A stretch of DNA of 36,742 nucleotides from an uncultured Bordetella sp. Its GTDB lineage: Bacteria > Pseudomonadota > Gammaproteobacteria > Burkholderiales > SG8-39. This document shows positions 13,557 to 22,587 of the stretch, piece after piece (positions within the stretch are counted from its first letter, which is position 1; each line of letters begins with the position of its first letter). The position numbers and the translations under genes were made by a program. The stretch is taken from the NCBI GenBank assembly GCA_964652785.1, contig CAZZDV010000003.1:10416-47157 (forward strand). Direction: 5' to 3'. The notes under the pieces were generated by a model, which saw only the letters and a program-made list of their open reading frames with translations, made no database searches and had not been told where the DNA came from.

Positions 13557-14588
13557 TTGGATACCCTCGAACTCACCCGACCTGACGACTGGCACCTGCA
13601 CCTGCGCGACGGGGAGCACATGGCCTCGGTGCTGCCGCACACGGCGCGCTGCTTTGCGCGCGCGATCGTCATGCCGAACCTCGAGCCGCCGATCACCACG
13701 ACCAAGCGGGCGCTCGACTATCGCGAGCGCATCCTCGACGCGCTGCCGGAAAACTCGCGCTTCGAGCCGCTGATGACGCTGTACCTGACCGACGACACGC
13801 CGCCGGAGGAAATCGCGCGGGCGAAGCTCTCGGGCCGCATCCAGGGCGTGAAGCTCTATCCCGCGGGCGCCACCACGCATTCGGACGCCGGTGTCACGCG
13901 CATTTCACGCTGCTTTCACACGCTCGAGAAAATGGAGGAGCTCGGCATGCCCCTGCTCATCCACGGCGAGGTGACCGAGCCCGAGATCGACGTGTTCGAT
14001 CGCGAAAAGGCTTTCATAGACACCACGATGGGGTCGCTGGTCGACCGCTTCCCCGGCCTCAAGATCGTGATCGAGCACATCACCACGCGCGACGCGGCCC
14101 AGTATGTCGAAGTTACCGGCCCGAACATCGCGGCCACGATCACCGCGCATCACCTGCTCATGAACCGCAACGCGCTTTTCATGGGAGGCATCCGGCCGCA
14201 TAACTATTGCCTGCCGGTGCTCAAGCGCGAGGAACATCGCGAAGCGCTGGTCGAGGCGGCGATTTCCGGCAATCCCAAGTTCTTTCTGGGCACCGACAGC
14301 GCGCCTCACGCCAAGCACGCCAAGGAAACCGCGTGCGGCTGCGCGGGCCTGTACACCGCGCATGCCGCCATCGAGCTCTACGCCACCGCGTTCGAGGAGG
14401 CCTACGCGCTCGACAAACTCGAAGCCTTTGCCAGCTTCCACGGCGCCGATTTCTACGGCCTCCCGCGCAACAAGGACAGGATCACCCTGGTGCGCAAGGA
14501 GTGGCGCGTGCCGGACGCCTACAAGTTCGGCGCGGATGAAGTCGTGCCGATGCGCGCCGGCGAGTCGCTCGCATGGCAGCTCCGCTAG
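13557..14588 (+). CDS. pyrC: Dihydroorotase (homodimeric type)
   Basis: [47 protein letters not shown]. Confidence 0.97.
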   Translation: MDTLELTRPDDWHLHLRDGEHMASVLPHTARCFARAIVMPNLEPPITTTKRALDYRERILDALPENSRFEPLMTLYLTDDTPPEEIARAKLSGRIQGVKLYPAGATTHSDAGVTRISRCFHTLEKMEELGMPLLIHGEVTEPEIDVFDREKAFIDTTMGSLVDRFPGLKIVIEHITTRDAAQYVEVTGPNIAATITAHHLLMNRNALFMGGIRPHNYCLPVLKREEHREALVEAAISGNPKFFLGTDSAPHAKHAKETACGCAGLYTAHAAIELYATAFEEAYALDKLEAFASFHGADFYGLPRNKDRITLVRKEWRVPDAYKFGADEVVPMRAGESLAWQLR

Positions 14589-15430
14589 CCGACCTGCCGC
14601 CGCTCCTACCGCCACACGCCACGGCCCACCCCGCGTTCGATCCGTTGCGGGACTGGCTGACGCAATTGGGGGAGCGCCAGGGACTGGACGACCTGAATGC
14701 ACTGGCGGAGGCCTCTGCATACCCTCCGGTCACTGCCGCCGGCCGTCCGGTGCGTTATTGCCCGCCCGCTTCGACCAGCGCCAGGGCATACGAGCAGCGG
14801 GTGTTCGATTCAGGCCAGGTGGAGACGCGCGCCGCCAACCTCCACGACTTTTTCAATGCGCTCGCCTGGCTTGCCTTCCCGCGGACCAAGGCGGCGATCA
14901 ACGCGCGCCACGTCGAGTGCATCGCATCGGAAGGCAAAGTTCGTGGCCCGCTGCGCGACCTGCTCACTTTGGTCGACGAAGGTGGCGTCGTAGTGGCATG
15001 CACAGACCCAATCCTTGCGGGGTTCGAGGCGCTGGTTCGCGCCTTTTCCTGGCAGGAACTCTTCTGGGAGCGCCGCGAAGCGCTTGCGGCTGACGCGCGT
15101 TTCGTGCTGCTCGGGCATTCGGCCTACGAGAAAGCGCTTGCTCCGTATCCAGGCATCACGTGCAAGGCGGTTTTCGTGCCGGTGAGCCGCGCCCAGCTCG
15201 ATGGCCCCGCATCCGAGCTGGCAGCCACTCTGGACGCCGCCGTAGCCAAGTGGATCCGGACCCTGCCCAAAGACGCACGCCCCCGCCAACTGGCGCCCTT
15301 GCCTGTATTTGGATATCCGGGCTGGCTGCCCGAAAGCGCTCACCCCGGCTTTTATGCCGACCGGCGCTGGTTCAGGGCCGCCCCGCCCGAAGCAAAGGTG
15401 TCGGGAGTAAAGGTTGAGCACCCGGCCTAA
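14573..15430 (+). CDS. DUF3025 family protein
   Basis: [49 protein letters not shown]; located after pyrC. Confidence 0.85.
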   Translation: MAAPLADLPPLLPPHATAHPAFDPLRDWLTQLGERQGLDDLNALAEASAYPPVTAAGRPVRYCPPASTSARAYEQRVFDSGQVETRAANLHDFFNALAWLAFPRTKAAINARHVECIASEGKVRGPLRDLLTLVDEGGVVVACTDPILAGFEALVRAFSWQELFWERREALAADARFVLLGHSAYEKALAPYPGITCKAVFVPVSRAQLDGPASELAATLDAAVAKWIRTLPKDARPRQLAPLPVFGYPGWLPESAHPGFYADRRWFRAAPPEAKVSGVKVEHPA

Positions 15431-15443
15431 TACCGTGTAAAAT
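15414..15443 (+). promoter_or_regulatory. Candidate sigma70 promoter for rpmB-rpmG
   Basis: TTGAGC-N18-TAAAAT. Confidence 0.45.
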
Positions 15444-15468
15444 CTCGCCTTTTTCTGCGGAGCCCCCC

Positions 15469-15711
15469 ATGTCCAGAGTCTGCCAAGTCACCGGCAAAAA
15501 GCCGATGAAAGGTAACCTGGTGTCGCACGCGAACAACAAGACCAAGCGCACCTTTCTTCCCAACCTGCACTATCGCCGGTTCTGGGTCGAGAGCGAGAAT
15601 CGCTGGATCCGACTTCGCGTGTCCACCAATGCATTGCGCACGATCGACAAGAACGGCATCGACGCCGTCCTCGCCGACCTGCGCGCCAAAGGCGAAATCA
15701 AAGGAGTTTGA
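15469..15711 (+). CDS. rpmB: 50S ribosomal protein L28
   Basis: [29 protein letters not shown]. Confidence 0.98.
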   Translation: MSRVCQVTGKKPMKGNLVSHANNKTKRTFLPNLHYRRFWVESENRWIRLRVSTNALRTIDKNGIDAVLADLRAKGEIKGV

Positions 15712-15713
15712 CC

Positions 15714-15869
15714 ATGCGTGAAAAGATCAAGCTCGAGTCGAGCGCCGGCACCGGCCACTTCTACACCACGACCAAGAACAAGCGCACCACGCCGGACAAG
15801 CTCGAGATCAAGAAATTCGATCCGAAGGCGAGGAAGCACGTGATGTACAAGGAAACAAAGCTGAAGTAA
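15714..15869 (+). CDS. rpmG: 50S ribosomal protein L33 (51 aa, below ORF-track cutoff)
   Basis: Manual translation [51 protein letters not shown]; SD AAGGAG. Confidence 0.98.
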   Translation: MREKIKLESSAGTGHFYTTTKNKRTTPDKLEIKKFDPKARKHVMYKETKLK

Positions 15870-15903
15870 TCAGCATTCGGGCGACCCGCAACGGCCGCCC
15901 GGA

Positions 15904-15939
15904 AATAAAAAAGGGCCCGCATCGCGGGCCCTTTTTATT
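15904..15939. terminator. Bidirectional intrinsic terminator between rpmG and desA
   Basis: AATAAAAAAGGGCCCGC-ATC-GCGGGCCCTTTTTATT. Confidence 0.9.
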
Positions 15940-15953
15940 GGCGCTTCGCTTAC

Positions 15954-17132
15954 TCAGGCGTAGCAGCGCAGGCGCTGGCTGAACTCCGCCAGGGGCACGA
16001 TGCCGCTCGACTCGGCGCGGTGGCACCAGTCCTTGAACTCCTGCAGCAGCTGCTCCTTGGAGGCGTTGGAGCGCTCCCACAGGGCGACCAGCTCGTCGCG
16101 CATGGCCAGGACAGTCTCGAGCGCCTTGCTGTGCTTGAGCGCGTCGATGAGGCGCTCTTTCTCCGTCGCGGGCAGCACGCTCGCGCGCATGAGGTCGGGC
16201 TTGAGAGAGCGAAGCGAGGCCGCATGCACTGGCGAGCCCTGCTTCAGGCGGGTGAGCTCCTGCGCATAGGTCTTCTTCAGCGACTTGGCGAATCGCGCGA
16301 GCACGTCATAGCGGTTATTGATGACCGCATGCAGGGTCGCCGAATCAAGGTCGGAAACCGCCTTTGCATCCGCGAAACGCGGCTTGGGCGCCACTTTCTT
16401 GACCGTGGCGAGGCCCATCTTCTCGAGCAAGCAGATGTACATCCAGCCGATGTCGAACTCGTACCACCGCGATGAGAGCTTGGCCGAGGTGGCGTGCGAA
16501 TGGTGGTTGTTGTGCAGCTCCTCGCCGCCGATGAGGATGCCCCACGGCACGATGTTGGTGCTCGCATCCGCAGCGTCGAAGTTGCGATAGCCGAACCAGT
16601 GGCCGATGCCGTTGATCACGCCGGCGGCCCAGAACGGGATCCAGACGATCTGCGTCACGAGGATCAGGAGGCCCGGGATGATGCCGAACAGGAAGATGTT
16701 GATCGCGCCCATCAGCGTGAGGCCGAGGATCGCGTGCGCCGAATACAGGTGGCGCTCCATGTAGTCGTCGGGCGTGCCGTGGCCGTAGCGCTCGATGGTG
16801 TCCTTGTTGTAGGACTCCTTGACGTACAGCAACACGCCGCCCCAGAGCACACTGTTGATGCCGAGCACCTGCGGGCTGTGCGGGTCGTCCACCGTCTCGC
16901 ACTTGGCGTGGTGCTTGCGGTGGATCGCGGTCCACTCCTTGGTCACCATGCCGGTCGTCAGCCACAGCCAGAATCTGAAGAAATGCGACGCGATGGGATG
17001 CAGGTCGAGTGCCCTGTGCGCCTGGTGGCGATGCAGGAAGATCGTCACCGCGGCAATCGTGACGTGCGTGAGGGCGAGGGCGACGGCGACAAGGCCCCAA
17101 ACGGGCAGATCGAAGAAACCGGAAAAGAGCAT
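15954..17132 (-). CDS. desA: Delta-9 fatty acid desaturase with C-terminal helical extension
   Basis: His boxes HRHQAH, HRKHH, ELHNNHH; EFDIGW. Confidence 0.93.
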   Translation of the reverse strand: MLFSGFFDLPVWGLVAVALALTHVTIAAVTIFLHRHQAHRALDLHPIASHFFRFWLWLTTGMVTKEWTAIHRKHHAKCETVDDPHSPQVLGINSVLWGGVLLYVKESYNKDTIERYGHGTPDDYMERHLYSAHAILGLTLMGAINIFLFGIIPGLLILVTQIVWIPFWAAGVINGIGHWFGYRNFDAADASTNIVPWGILIGGEELHNNHHSHATSAKLSSRWYEFDIGWMYICLLEKMGLATVKKVAPKPRFADAKAVSDLDSATLHAVINNRYDVLARFAKSLKKTYAQELTRLKQGSPVHAASLRSLKPDLMRASVLPATEKERLIDALKHSKALETVLAMRDELVALWERSNASKEQLLQEFKDWCHRAESSGIVPLAEFSQRLRCYA

Positions 17133-17232
17133 CTGGAGGGAGTTTTATCTAGTGTGATTGGGGGAAGTTGCGCGCGATTCTACGCGAACCGCCCTCTCGC
17201 GCAACAGGTAAATCGTGACACTTTGTGCGGGC

Positions 17233-18507
17233 TCAGGCAGTGTCCCTGGAGATGATCCTAACCTCCCGCTGGGGAAAGGGAATTTCAATTCCGCGCGCCT
17301 TGAATTCGGCGAGAAACCGGAGGGTGATTTCGGAGTTGATATTGGTGCGTCCGTTCTCCGGATCGTCGATCCAGAAACCGGCTTCCAGGTCGATCCCGTT
17401 GTCCCCCAGCGAAAGGATCAACGCGTTGGGCGCAGGGTCTTTCAGGACGCGCGGATGGGCTGCGGCGATCTCGGCCAGCAAGGCGAGCACAGGCTCGAGC
17501 TCCGTGCCATACGCCACCGATACCCGGATCGAGAGGCGCAGCTTCTTGTCCGCGTAGGTGTTGTTGAGGACGGTCGAGGTGACCAGCGTGTCGTTCGGGA
17601 TGATCGCCTCCACGCCGGCAAGCGAGCGCACGACGGTATAGCGCGTGGTGATCTGCTTGACCTCGCCATAGTGGCTGTCGGCCGTGATCCAGTCGCCGAG
17701 CCGGATCGAGCGGTCGAGCAGGATGATGAACCCGGAGACGTAGTTGCTCGCGATCTTCTGCAGGCCGAGGCCGAGCCCCACGCCCACCGCCCCGCCGAAT
17801 ACGGAGAGAACCGTGAGGTCGATGCCCATCACTGGCAGCACGATGAGGATCGCCGCCACCAGCAGGGTCGCCTTCACCAGGCGCGCGAGCACCACGCGCA
17901 TGCTCATGTGCAGGCCATCGGCGCGCATGAGGCGCGCCTCGAGCGCGCTGCCGACCCACAGCGCAAGCAGCAAAGTGAGCAGGAGCCAGAACACCGACTC
18001 GACTGCCAGCTGCAGCGTGAATTTCTGCTTGCCGATCGAGAGCTGCACGCTGGAGAGCAGCGCCTGGATCTCCGGCAGGAGCCCGGTCAGGTAAAGCGCG
18101 ACCGCGGCCCAAATGACTGCGGCCACGCCGCGCTCCCACGCAGCGAGCGCCCCGCCCGGCGCAAACCCGAGCCGCAACAGGTAGACCACGAAACGGATGC
18201 CCGCGAGCGACGCGAACAACGGGATCGCGACCGAAAGCAAATGGGCCGCGCCCGAGCGCGAAAGCGCCGCGCGGGCAATGAAGAGGAGCCCTACGACGAG
18301 CAGCGGGAAGAGGATGCGGTTGAATCCCCCCGCGCCCACCCTGATCGCGGTGGACTGCGCTTGCGTGGTCTGGACCCGCGCAGTGCGGGACATTGCCCAG
18401 GCAACGAGGACGCATGCGACCAGCGCGCCGAGCTGCCAAAGGATGGTGGGCTTGTTGAGGTCGGCCCACAAATCGAGCAGCACGCTTTGGATCGAGCTTC
18501 CTGCCAT
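17233..18507 (-). CDS. MscS-family mechanosensitive channel
   Basis: Multiple TM helices; GGAVGVGLGLGLQKIASNYVSG, IIPN, GIEIPFPQREV. Confidence 0.93.
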   Translation of the reverse strand: MAGSSIQSVLLDLWADLNKPTILWQLGALVACVLVAWAMSRTARVQTTQAQSTAIRVGAGGFNRILFPLLVVGLLFIARAALSRSGAAHLLSVAIPLFASLAGIRFVVYLLRLGFAPGGALAAWERGVAAVIWAAVALYLTGLLPEIQALLSSVQLSIGKQKFTLQLAVESVFWLLLTLLLALWVGSALEARLMRADGLHMSMRVVLARLVKATLLVAAILIVLPVMGIDLTVLSVFGGAVGVGLGLGLQKIASNYVSGFIILLDRSIRLGDWITADSHYGEVKQITTRYTVVRSLAGVEAIIPNDTLVTSTVLNNTYADKKLRLSIRVSVAYGTELEPVLALLAEIAAAHPRVLKDPAPNALILSLGDNGIDLEAGFWIDDPENGRTNINSEITLRFLAEFKARGIEIPFPQREVRIISRDTA

Positions 18508-18614
18508 CGGCTAGGTGCCTTCCACGGCGATACCGTGCCAGCGTTTGTCTGTAATATTCCCAGTGTAAGGATGCTTTCGGGTTTTTCGCAAACAGCGGAT
18601 CGCGTTGCCGGGCC

Positions 18615-19304
18615 ATGCCAAAACTAAAATCGCTGCTTTCGCTGTTGATCCTTTGCATGCCTGGGGCAGCGCACGCCGCGCGTCCCTTCGTTACGGACGA
18701 CGCCCGCGTCGTCGATTCCGGCGGCTGCCAGGTCGAGACGTTCGTGAAGCGCCAGCGCAAAATCGACGAGCAGGAGTTCTGGTTCCTGCCCGCCTGCAAC
18801 CCGTTCGGCCGGGTAGAGCTCACGCTGGGTGGCATTTGGGTGGATGGGAACGCGCCGGGCGACAGCCGGGTCACGGTTGTCCAGGCGAAGACGCTGCTGA
18901 AGCCGCTGGAAACCAACGGCACCGGCTACGCAATCACCTTCGGCGCCGGGCACGTGACCCCATTCCAGTCGCGGCGCACGCTCAATCCGTACGTCAATGC
19001 GATAGGCAGCTTCTCGTTCGCGAACGACTTCGTCGTGATGCACGCGAACGTAGGTGCCAATCAGGACCGGCAGTTCGGGTCCACGCGGGGGACTTGGGGT
19101 CTCGGCGCCGAGGTCGCGCTGACACCCCGGCTATTCGGCATCGTGGAGGCCTACGGCCAACGCGCGGAGAAGCCGACCCGGCACGCAGGATTACGAGTAT
19201 GGATAGTGGCCAATCGGGTGCAGGTCGATGGCACACTGGGCGCGCAGAATTCCGGGCCGCCAGAAAGGTCGTTTCGCTCGCTCGGGATGCGCATCCTCTT
19301 CTAA
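18615..19304 (+). CDS. Exported protein, probable outer-membrane beta-barrel
   Basis: Signal peptide ending AHA, RPFVTDDA N-terminus, amphipathic strands, terminal Phe (SLGMRILF). Confidence 0.7.
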   Translation: MPKLKSLLSLLILCMPGAAHAARPFVTDDARVVDSGGCQVETFVKRQRKIDEQEFWFLPACNPFGRVELTLGGIWVDGNAPGDSRVTVVQAKTLLKPLETNGTGYAITFGAGHVTPFQSRRTLNPYVNAIGSFSFANDFVVMHANVGANQDRQFGSTRGTWGLGAEVALTPRLFGIVEAYGQRAEKPTRHAGLRVWIVANRVQVDGTLGAQNSGPPERSFRSLGMRILF

Positions 19305-19319
19305 AGCCCGGAGCCACCC

Positions 19320-19406
19320 ATGGTGATGCAACTGCTGGCCGATCCGCAGGCGTGGATCGCGCTGCTCACGGTGAAGCTGCGCGGCCGATACCGCAGGGAG
19401 AGTTAG
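19320..19406 (+). pseudogene. TerC-family membrane protein remnant (28 aa, termini only)
   Basis: MVMQLLADPQAWIALLT resembles the TerC/YegH N-terminus but runs straight into VKLRGRYRRES*; SD GGAG at 19310. Confidence 0.6.
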
Positions 19407-20659
19407 GCGCTCCGCTCGAACACCGCCGCAAAGAATCCGTCGGTCCGGTGAAGATGGGGGAACAGGCGCAGGTTCATGCCAGTATCGAGCGCGACGCCCT
19501 GCGACTTGAGAACCTCGGCGCATGAAATCTGGCGAAAGTCCCGGTGATCGGCGAGGAATTTCGCTGCGACCTCTTCGCCCTCCTCGCGCAGGATGCTGCA
19601 GGTTGCATACACGAGTCGGCCGCCGGGATGCGGCAGGCGGGCAGCCGCTGCAAGGATGCGCGATTGCTTTGAAACAAGCTCGGCCACGTCTTTCTCCCCG
19701 AAACGCCACTTGAGGTCCGGGTTGCGGCGCAAGGTGCCGAAACCCGAGCACGGCGCGTCCACCAGCACGCGGTCGATCTTGCCCGCGAGGCGCTTCACGC
19801 GCAGGTCGTTCTCGTTCGCGATGGCGACCGGATGGACATTCGAAAGTCCCGAGCGCGCGAGGCGCGGGTCCAGTCCCGTGAGGCGCTTGGCCGAGACATC
19901 GAACGCGTAGAGCCTGCCGGTATTGCGCATCAGCGCGCCCAACGCGAGCGTCTTTCCGCCGCCACCCGCGCAGAAGTCGACGACCATCTCGCCCCGCCGG
20001 GGCGCGACGATTGCCGCGAGCAACTGGCTGCCTTCGTCCTGAACTTCGACCCGGCCATCGAGGAACAGCGGATGCCGGTTGATCGCGGGCTTCCCGGCCA
20101 GCCGGATTCCGGTAGCCGAGTAAGGTGTCGGTTCGGCTGCGAATCCCGAAGCGCGCAAGGCCTCCAGCGCGGCTTCACGCGAAGACTTGATCGCATTGGC
20201 GCGCAAGTCCATCGGCGCCGGGGTCAGCAGGCCCTGCCCGATCGCGCGAGCTTCGATATCCCCGTACTCCGTGACGAGGCGCTCCCAAAGCCAGTCGGGC
20301 ATATCGAGCTGCACCGCGGCGGGCTGGTCTTCCGGCCGCGACGCGAGCGCACGTTCGAGCAACGGAAGGTCTTTCTCCCGCACTACGTCGGCCACGGCGC
20401 GCACCGGGATTCCCTGCAGGCGCACGAGCGAGGCCAGCACCAGCGAGTAGGGCGACTCGGATTGTGCGGCCACTGCGAGCGATCGGCGCCGGCGCAATGC
20501 GCCAAATACCGTTTCGGCGACGAAAGCGCGATCGGCCTGCCCAAGCTCGCGATTGTTGCGGAAATGCCGCGACACCGCCTGGTCCGCGGGCGAGGAAAAT
20601 CTCATCGCTTCCGACAACGCTTCGGAAGCATGCGCGATCAGCGCCTTGGTGGGCTTCAC
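19403..20659 (-). CDS. RsmB/NOP-family m5C RNA methyltransferase
   Basis: VEVQDEGSQ, DFCAGGGGK, VLVDAPCSG, LVYATCS, DGFFAA; start placed at GTG 20659. Confidence 0.92.
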   Translation of the reverse strand: MKPTKALIAHASEALSEAMRFSSPADQAVSRHFRNNRELGQADRAFVAETVFGALRRRRSLAVAAQSESPYSLVLASLVRLQGIPVRAVADVVREKDLPLLERALASRPEDQPAAVQLDMPDWLWERLVTEYGDIEARAIGQGLLTPAPMDLRANAIKSSREAALEALRASGFAAEPTPYSATGIRLAGKPAINRHPLFLDGRVEVQDEGSQLLAAIVAPRRGEMVVDFCAGGGGKTLALGALMRNTGRLYAFDVSAKRLTGLDPRLARSGLSNVHPVAIANENDLRVKRLAGKIDRVLVDAPCSGFGTLRRNPDLKWRFGEKDVAELVSKQSRILAAAARLPHPGGRLVYATCSILREEGEEVAAKFLADHRDFRQISCAEVLKSQGVALDTGMNLRLFPHLHRTDGFFAAVFERSA

Positions 20660-20696
20660 GACCGGGCCGATCGCGCGTTCGACCGCGGTACGGCGA

Positions 20697-21395
20697 TCAC
20701 TGCGCGGTAATCCGCGTGGCAACCTGGTCGATGCGCGTGCCGTCTTTCTCAACCACGAGGATGCGCACTGGCACATACCCGTGCTTGGCGGACAGCCAGA
20801 TTTCGGTGCTTCGGTCGTCAGGCTCTTTCTTCTGGCGCTCGATCTTGAGCGCATCCAGCTCGCCGGCTGGCGTGGTCACTTTCTCACGCCCCGTCGCCTT
20901 GTACGAGTACGTCGAGATGCCTTTGCCGTCGGTTACGCTTACACCGACCGGATTGGCGCCAGGCACGCGGAACGCGAAATTGTATGAAAACGAAAGCCGG
21001 TCCTGGATGTCCGGCGGCAGCGGCTTGGTTTCCGAAGCCCCCTCTTTCGCCTGCAGCGTGAGCGTCTTTCCGGCCCAGTCGATCTTCGCGCGGGAGGTAT
21101 CCCTGCCGGTGCGCTTGTCCTCGAACTCGACCGGGTGCAGGCCGTCGGCGGCGATCGAGCCCCAGCTGGTGCGCACGGCATCGCCGCGCAACGCGAACAC
21201 GCCTTTTCCTTTCAGCTGCGCATTGAGCTTGTAGGTCTTGCCGTCGTGCTCCAGCCGCTCGACGAGCTCCGCGATCGGCATGCCGTTGCGGCTGAGGTCG
21301 TATGCAATCTCGATTCGATTTGCCGGCGCGGCGAGCGCCATCGACGAAATCAGGGCGGCGCTAAGGCCGGTCAGAAAAGTGAGCTTGTCGCGCAT
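20697..21395 (-). CDS. DUF3108 family exported protein
   Basis: Signal peptide; QDRLSF, E.VTTPAG, EIWL....YVPVRI motifs. Confidence 0.8.
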   Translation of the reverse strand: MRDKLTFLTGLSAALISSMALAAPANRIEIAYDLSRNGMPIAELVERLEHDGKTYKLNAQLKGKGVFALRGDAVRTSWGSIAADGLHPVEFEDKRTGRDTSRAKIDWAGKTLTLQAKEGASETKPLPPDIQDRLSFSYNFAFRVPGANPVGVSVTDGKGISTYSYKATGREKVTTPAGELDALKIERQKKEPDDRSTEIWLSAKHGYVPVRILVVEKDGTRIDQVATRITAQ

Positions 21396-21981
21396 CGGGT
21401 TCCTTGACGAGGACCGCGCCTTTGTCGACGACAAGCTTGCCGTCGATCAGCCAGCGCAGCGCCTGCGGATAAACAATGTGTTCCTGCTCGAGCACCCGCG
21501 CAGCGAGATCCTGCGCGGTGTCCCCCTGCAGCACGGGAACCGCCGCCTGGGCGACGATCGGGCCCTGGTCCAGGTCCGGCGTGACGAAATGGACCGTGCA
21601 GCCATGGACTTTGACACCGGCCGCTAGCGCGCGTTCATGGGTATTGAGCCCGACAAACGATGGCAGCAATGAAGGATGGATATTGAGCAGGCGGTCCGCG
21701 TAGCGCGCCACGAACCGCGGCGTGAGGATACGCATGAATCCGGCGAGCGCCACCGCGGCCGGCGAATGCCTGGCCACCTCGGCCGCAAGCGCGGCATCGA
21801 AGCCTTCGCGCGTGCCGTAATCAGTGCCCTGGACGACCGCGGTCTTCACGCCGCGGGCGGCGGCAATCGCAAGGCCCGCTGCATCGCGCTTGTTGCTGAT
21901 GACCGCAGACACAGGCAGGCCGGCGTCGAGGATTGCCTGCATGTTGCTGCCGCGACCCGAGATGAGGATGACGATTGACAT
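21361..21981 (-). CDS. purN: Phosphoribosylglycinamide formyltransferase
   Basis: LISGRGSNM, LAGFMRIL, NIHPSLLP, GCTVHFV, DQGPI, EQEH. Confidence 0.97.
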   Translation of the reverse strand: MSIVILISGRGSNMQAILDAGLPVSAVISNKRDAAGLAIAAARGVKTAVVQGTDYGTREGFDAALAAEVARHSPAAVALAGFMRILTPRFVARYADRLLNIHPSLLPSFVGLNTHERALAAGVKVHGCTVHFVTPDLDQGPIVAQAAVPVLQGDTAQDLAARVLEQEHIVYPQALRWLIDGKLVVDKGAVLVKEPDARQAHFSDRP

Positions 21982-22000
21982 GGCGGGCCGCAGTTTACTC

Positions 22001-22030
22001 GGTACAGGGGAACCTTGGTTCCCCTGTACC
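22001..22030. repeat. Perfect 14-bp inverted repeat (REP-like element or terminator-like hairpin)
   Basis: GGTACAGGGGAACC-TT-GGTTCCCCTGTACC. Confidence 0.85.
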
Positions 22031-22053
22031 CCCTCCTTAAAAACCGCTCCGCT

Positions 22054-22587
22054 CTAGGTTATTCGCCAGAGGAACATATCGTGGCTGTTGCCCTCGAGAT
22101 TGAGCTGCGATCGCTCCTCCGGCGGCCAGCCCGGGATCCCGAACTGGTAGGCCACGATGCGCGCACCCGGCTTGAGGCTGGCACGAAGCCGTGGCGCAAG
22201 GCGCTCGTTGAGCTCGGAGAACAGGAACAGCGTGACCACGGTCGCGCTGGAGAAGTCGGTCTTGAAGAGGTCCTCTTCGCGGAAGCTCACGCGGCCTGTT
22301 ACCCCCGCCCGGCGCGCGCCCGCCGCGGCTTCGGCGAGTCGCTGCGGGTCGATGTCGATGCCGACGCCGCGCGCGCCAAACTTCTGCGCGGCGGTAATGA
22401 TGAATCGACCGTCGCCACAACCGAGGTCGTAGACGATGTCCTTGGGCCCCACCTGCGCAAGGCGGAGCATTTCCTCGACGACCGGCTGTGGCGTCGAGAC
22501 ATACGGCGCGTCGAGCCTGATTCCGTCAGTCGAGCACCCTGCGAGCAACAGCGCAGGCAACGTTCCCACGAATTCTCGTCGATTCAG
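22054..22587 (-). CDS. Class I SAM-dependent methyltransferase with Tat/lipoprotein-like leader
   Basis: [39 protein letters not shown]; leader NRREF...LLLAGC; start CTG 22587 or ATG 22635. Confidence 0.88.
   Translation of the reverse strand: MNRREFVGTLPALLLAGCSTDGIRLDAPYVSTPQPVVEEMLRLAQVGPKDIVYDLGCGDGRFIITAAQKFGARGVGIDIDPQRLAEAAAGARRAGVTGRVSFREEDLFKTDFSSATVVTLFLFSELNERLAPRLRASLKPGARIVAYQFGIPGWPPEERSQLNLEGNSHDMFLWRIT

Noticed and set aside
15430-15468. Expected rnpB (often near rsmI/DUF3025) or radC (often before rpmB)
   Set aside because: The gap is under 40 bp and no RNase P RNA signature is visible; no tRNA or rRNA was recognised anywhere in the window.
19403-20659. Assigning the symbol rsmB
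   Set aside because: The family is clear, but this purN-linked gene may be a paralogue of the fmt-linked rsmB; orthology cannot be shown here.
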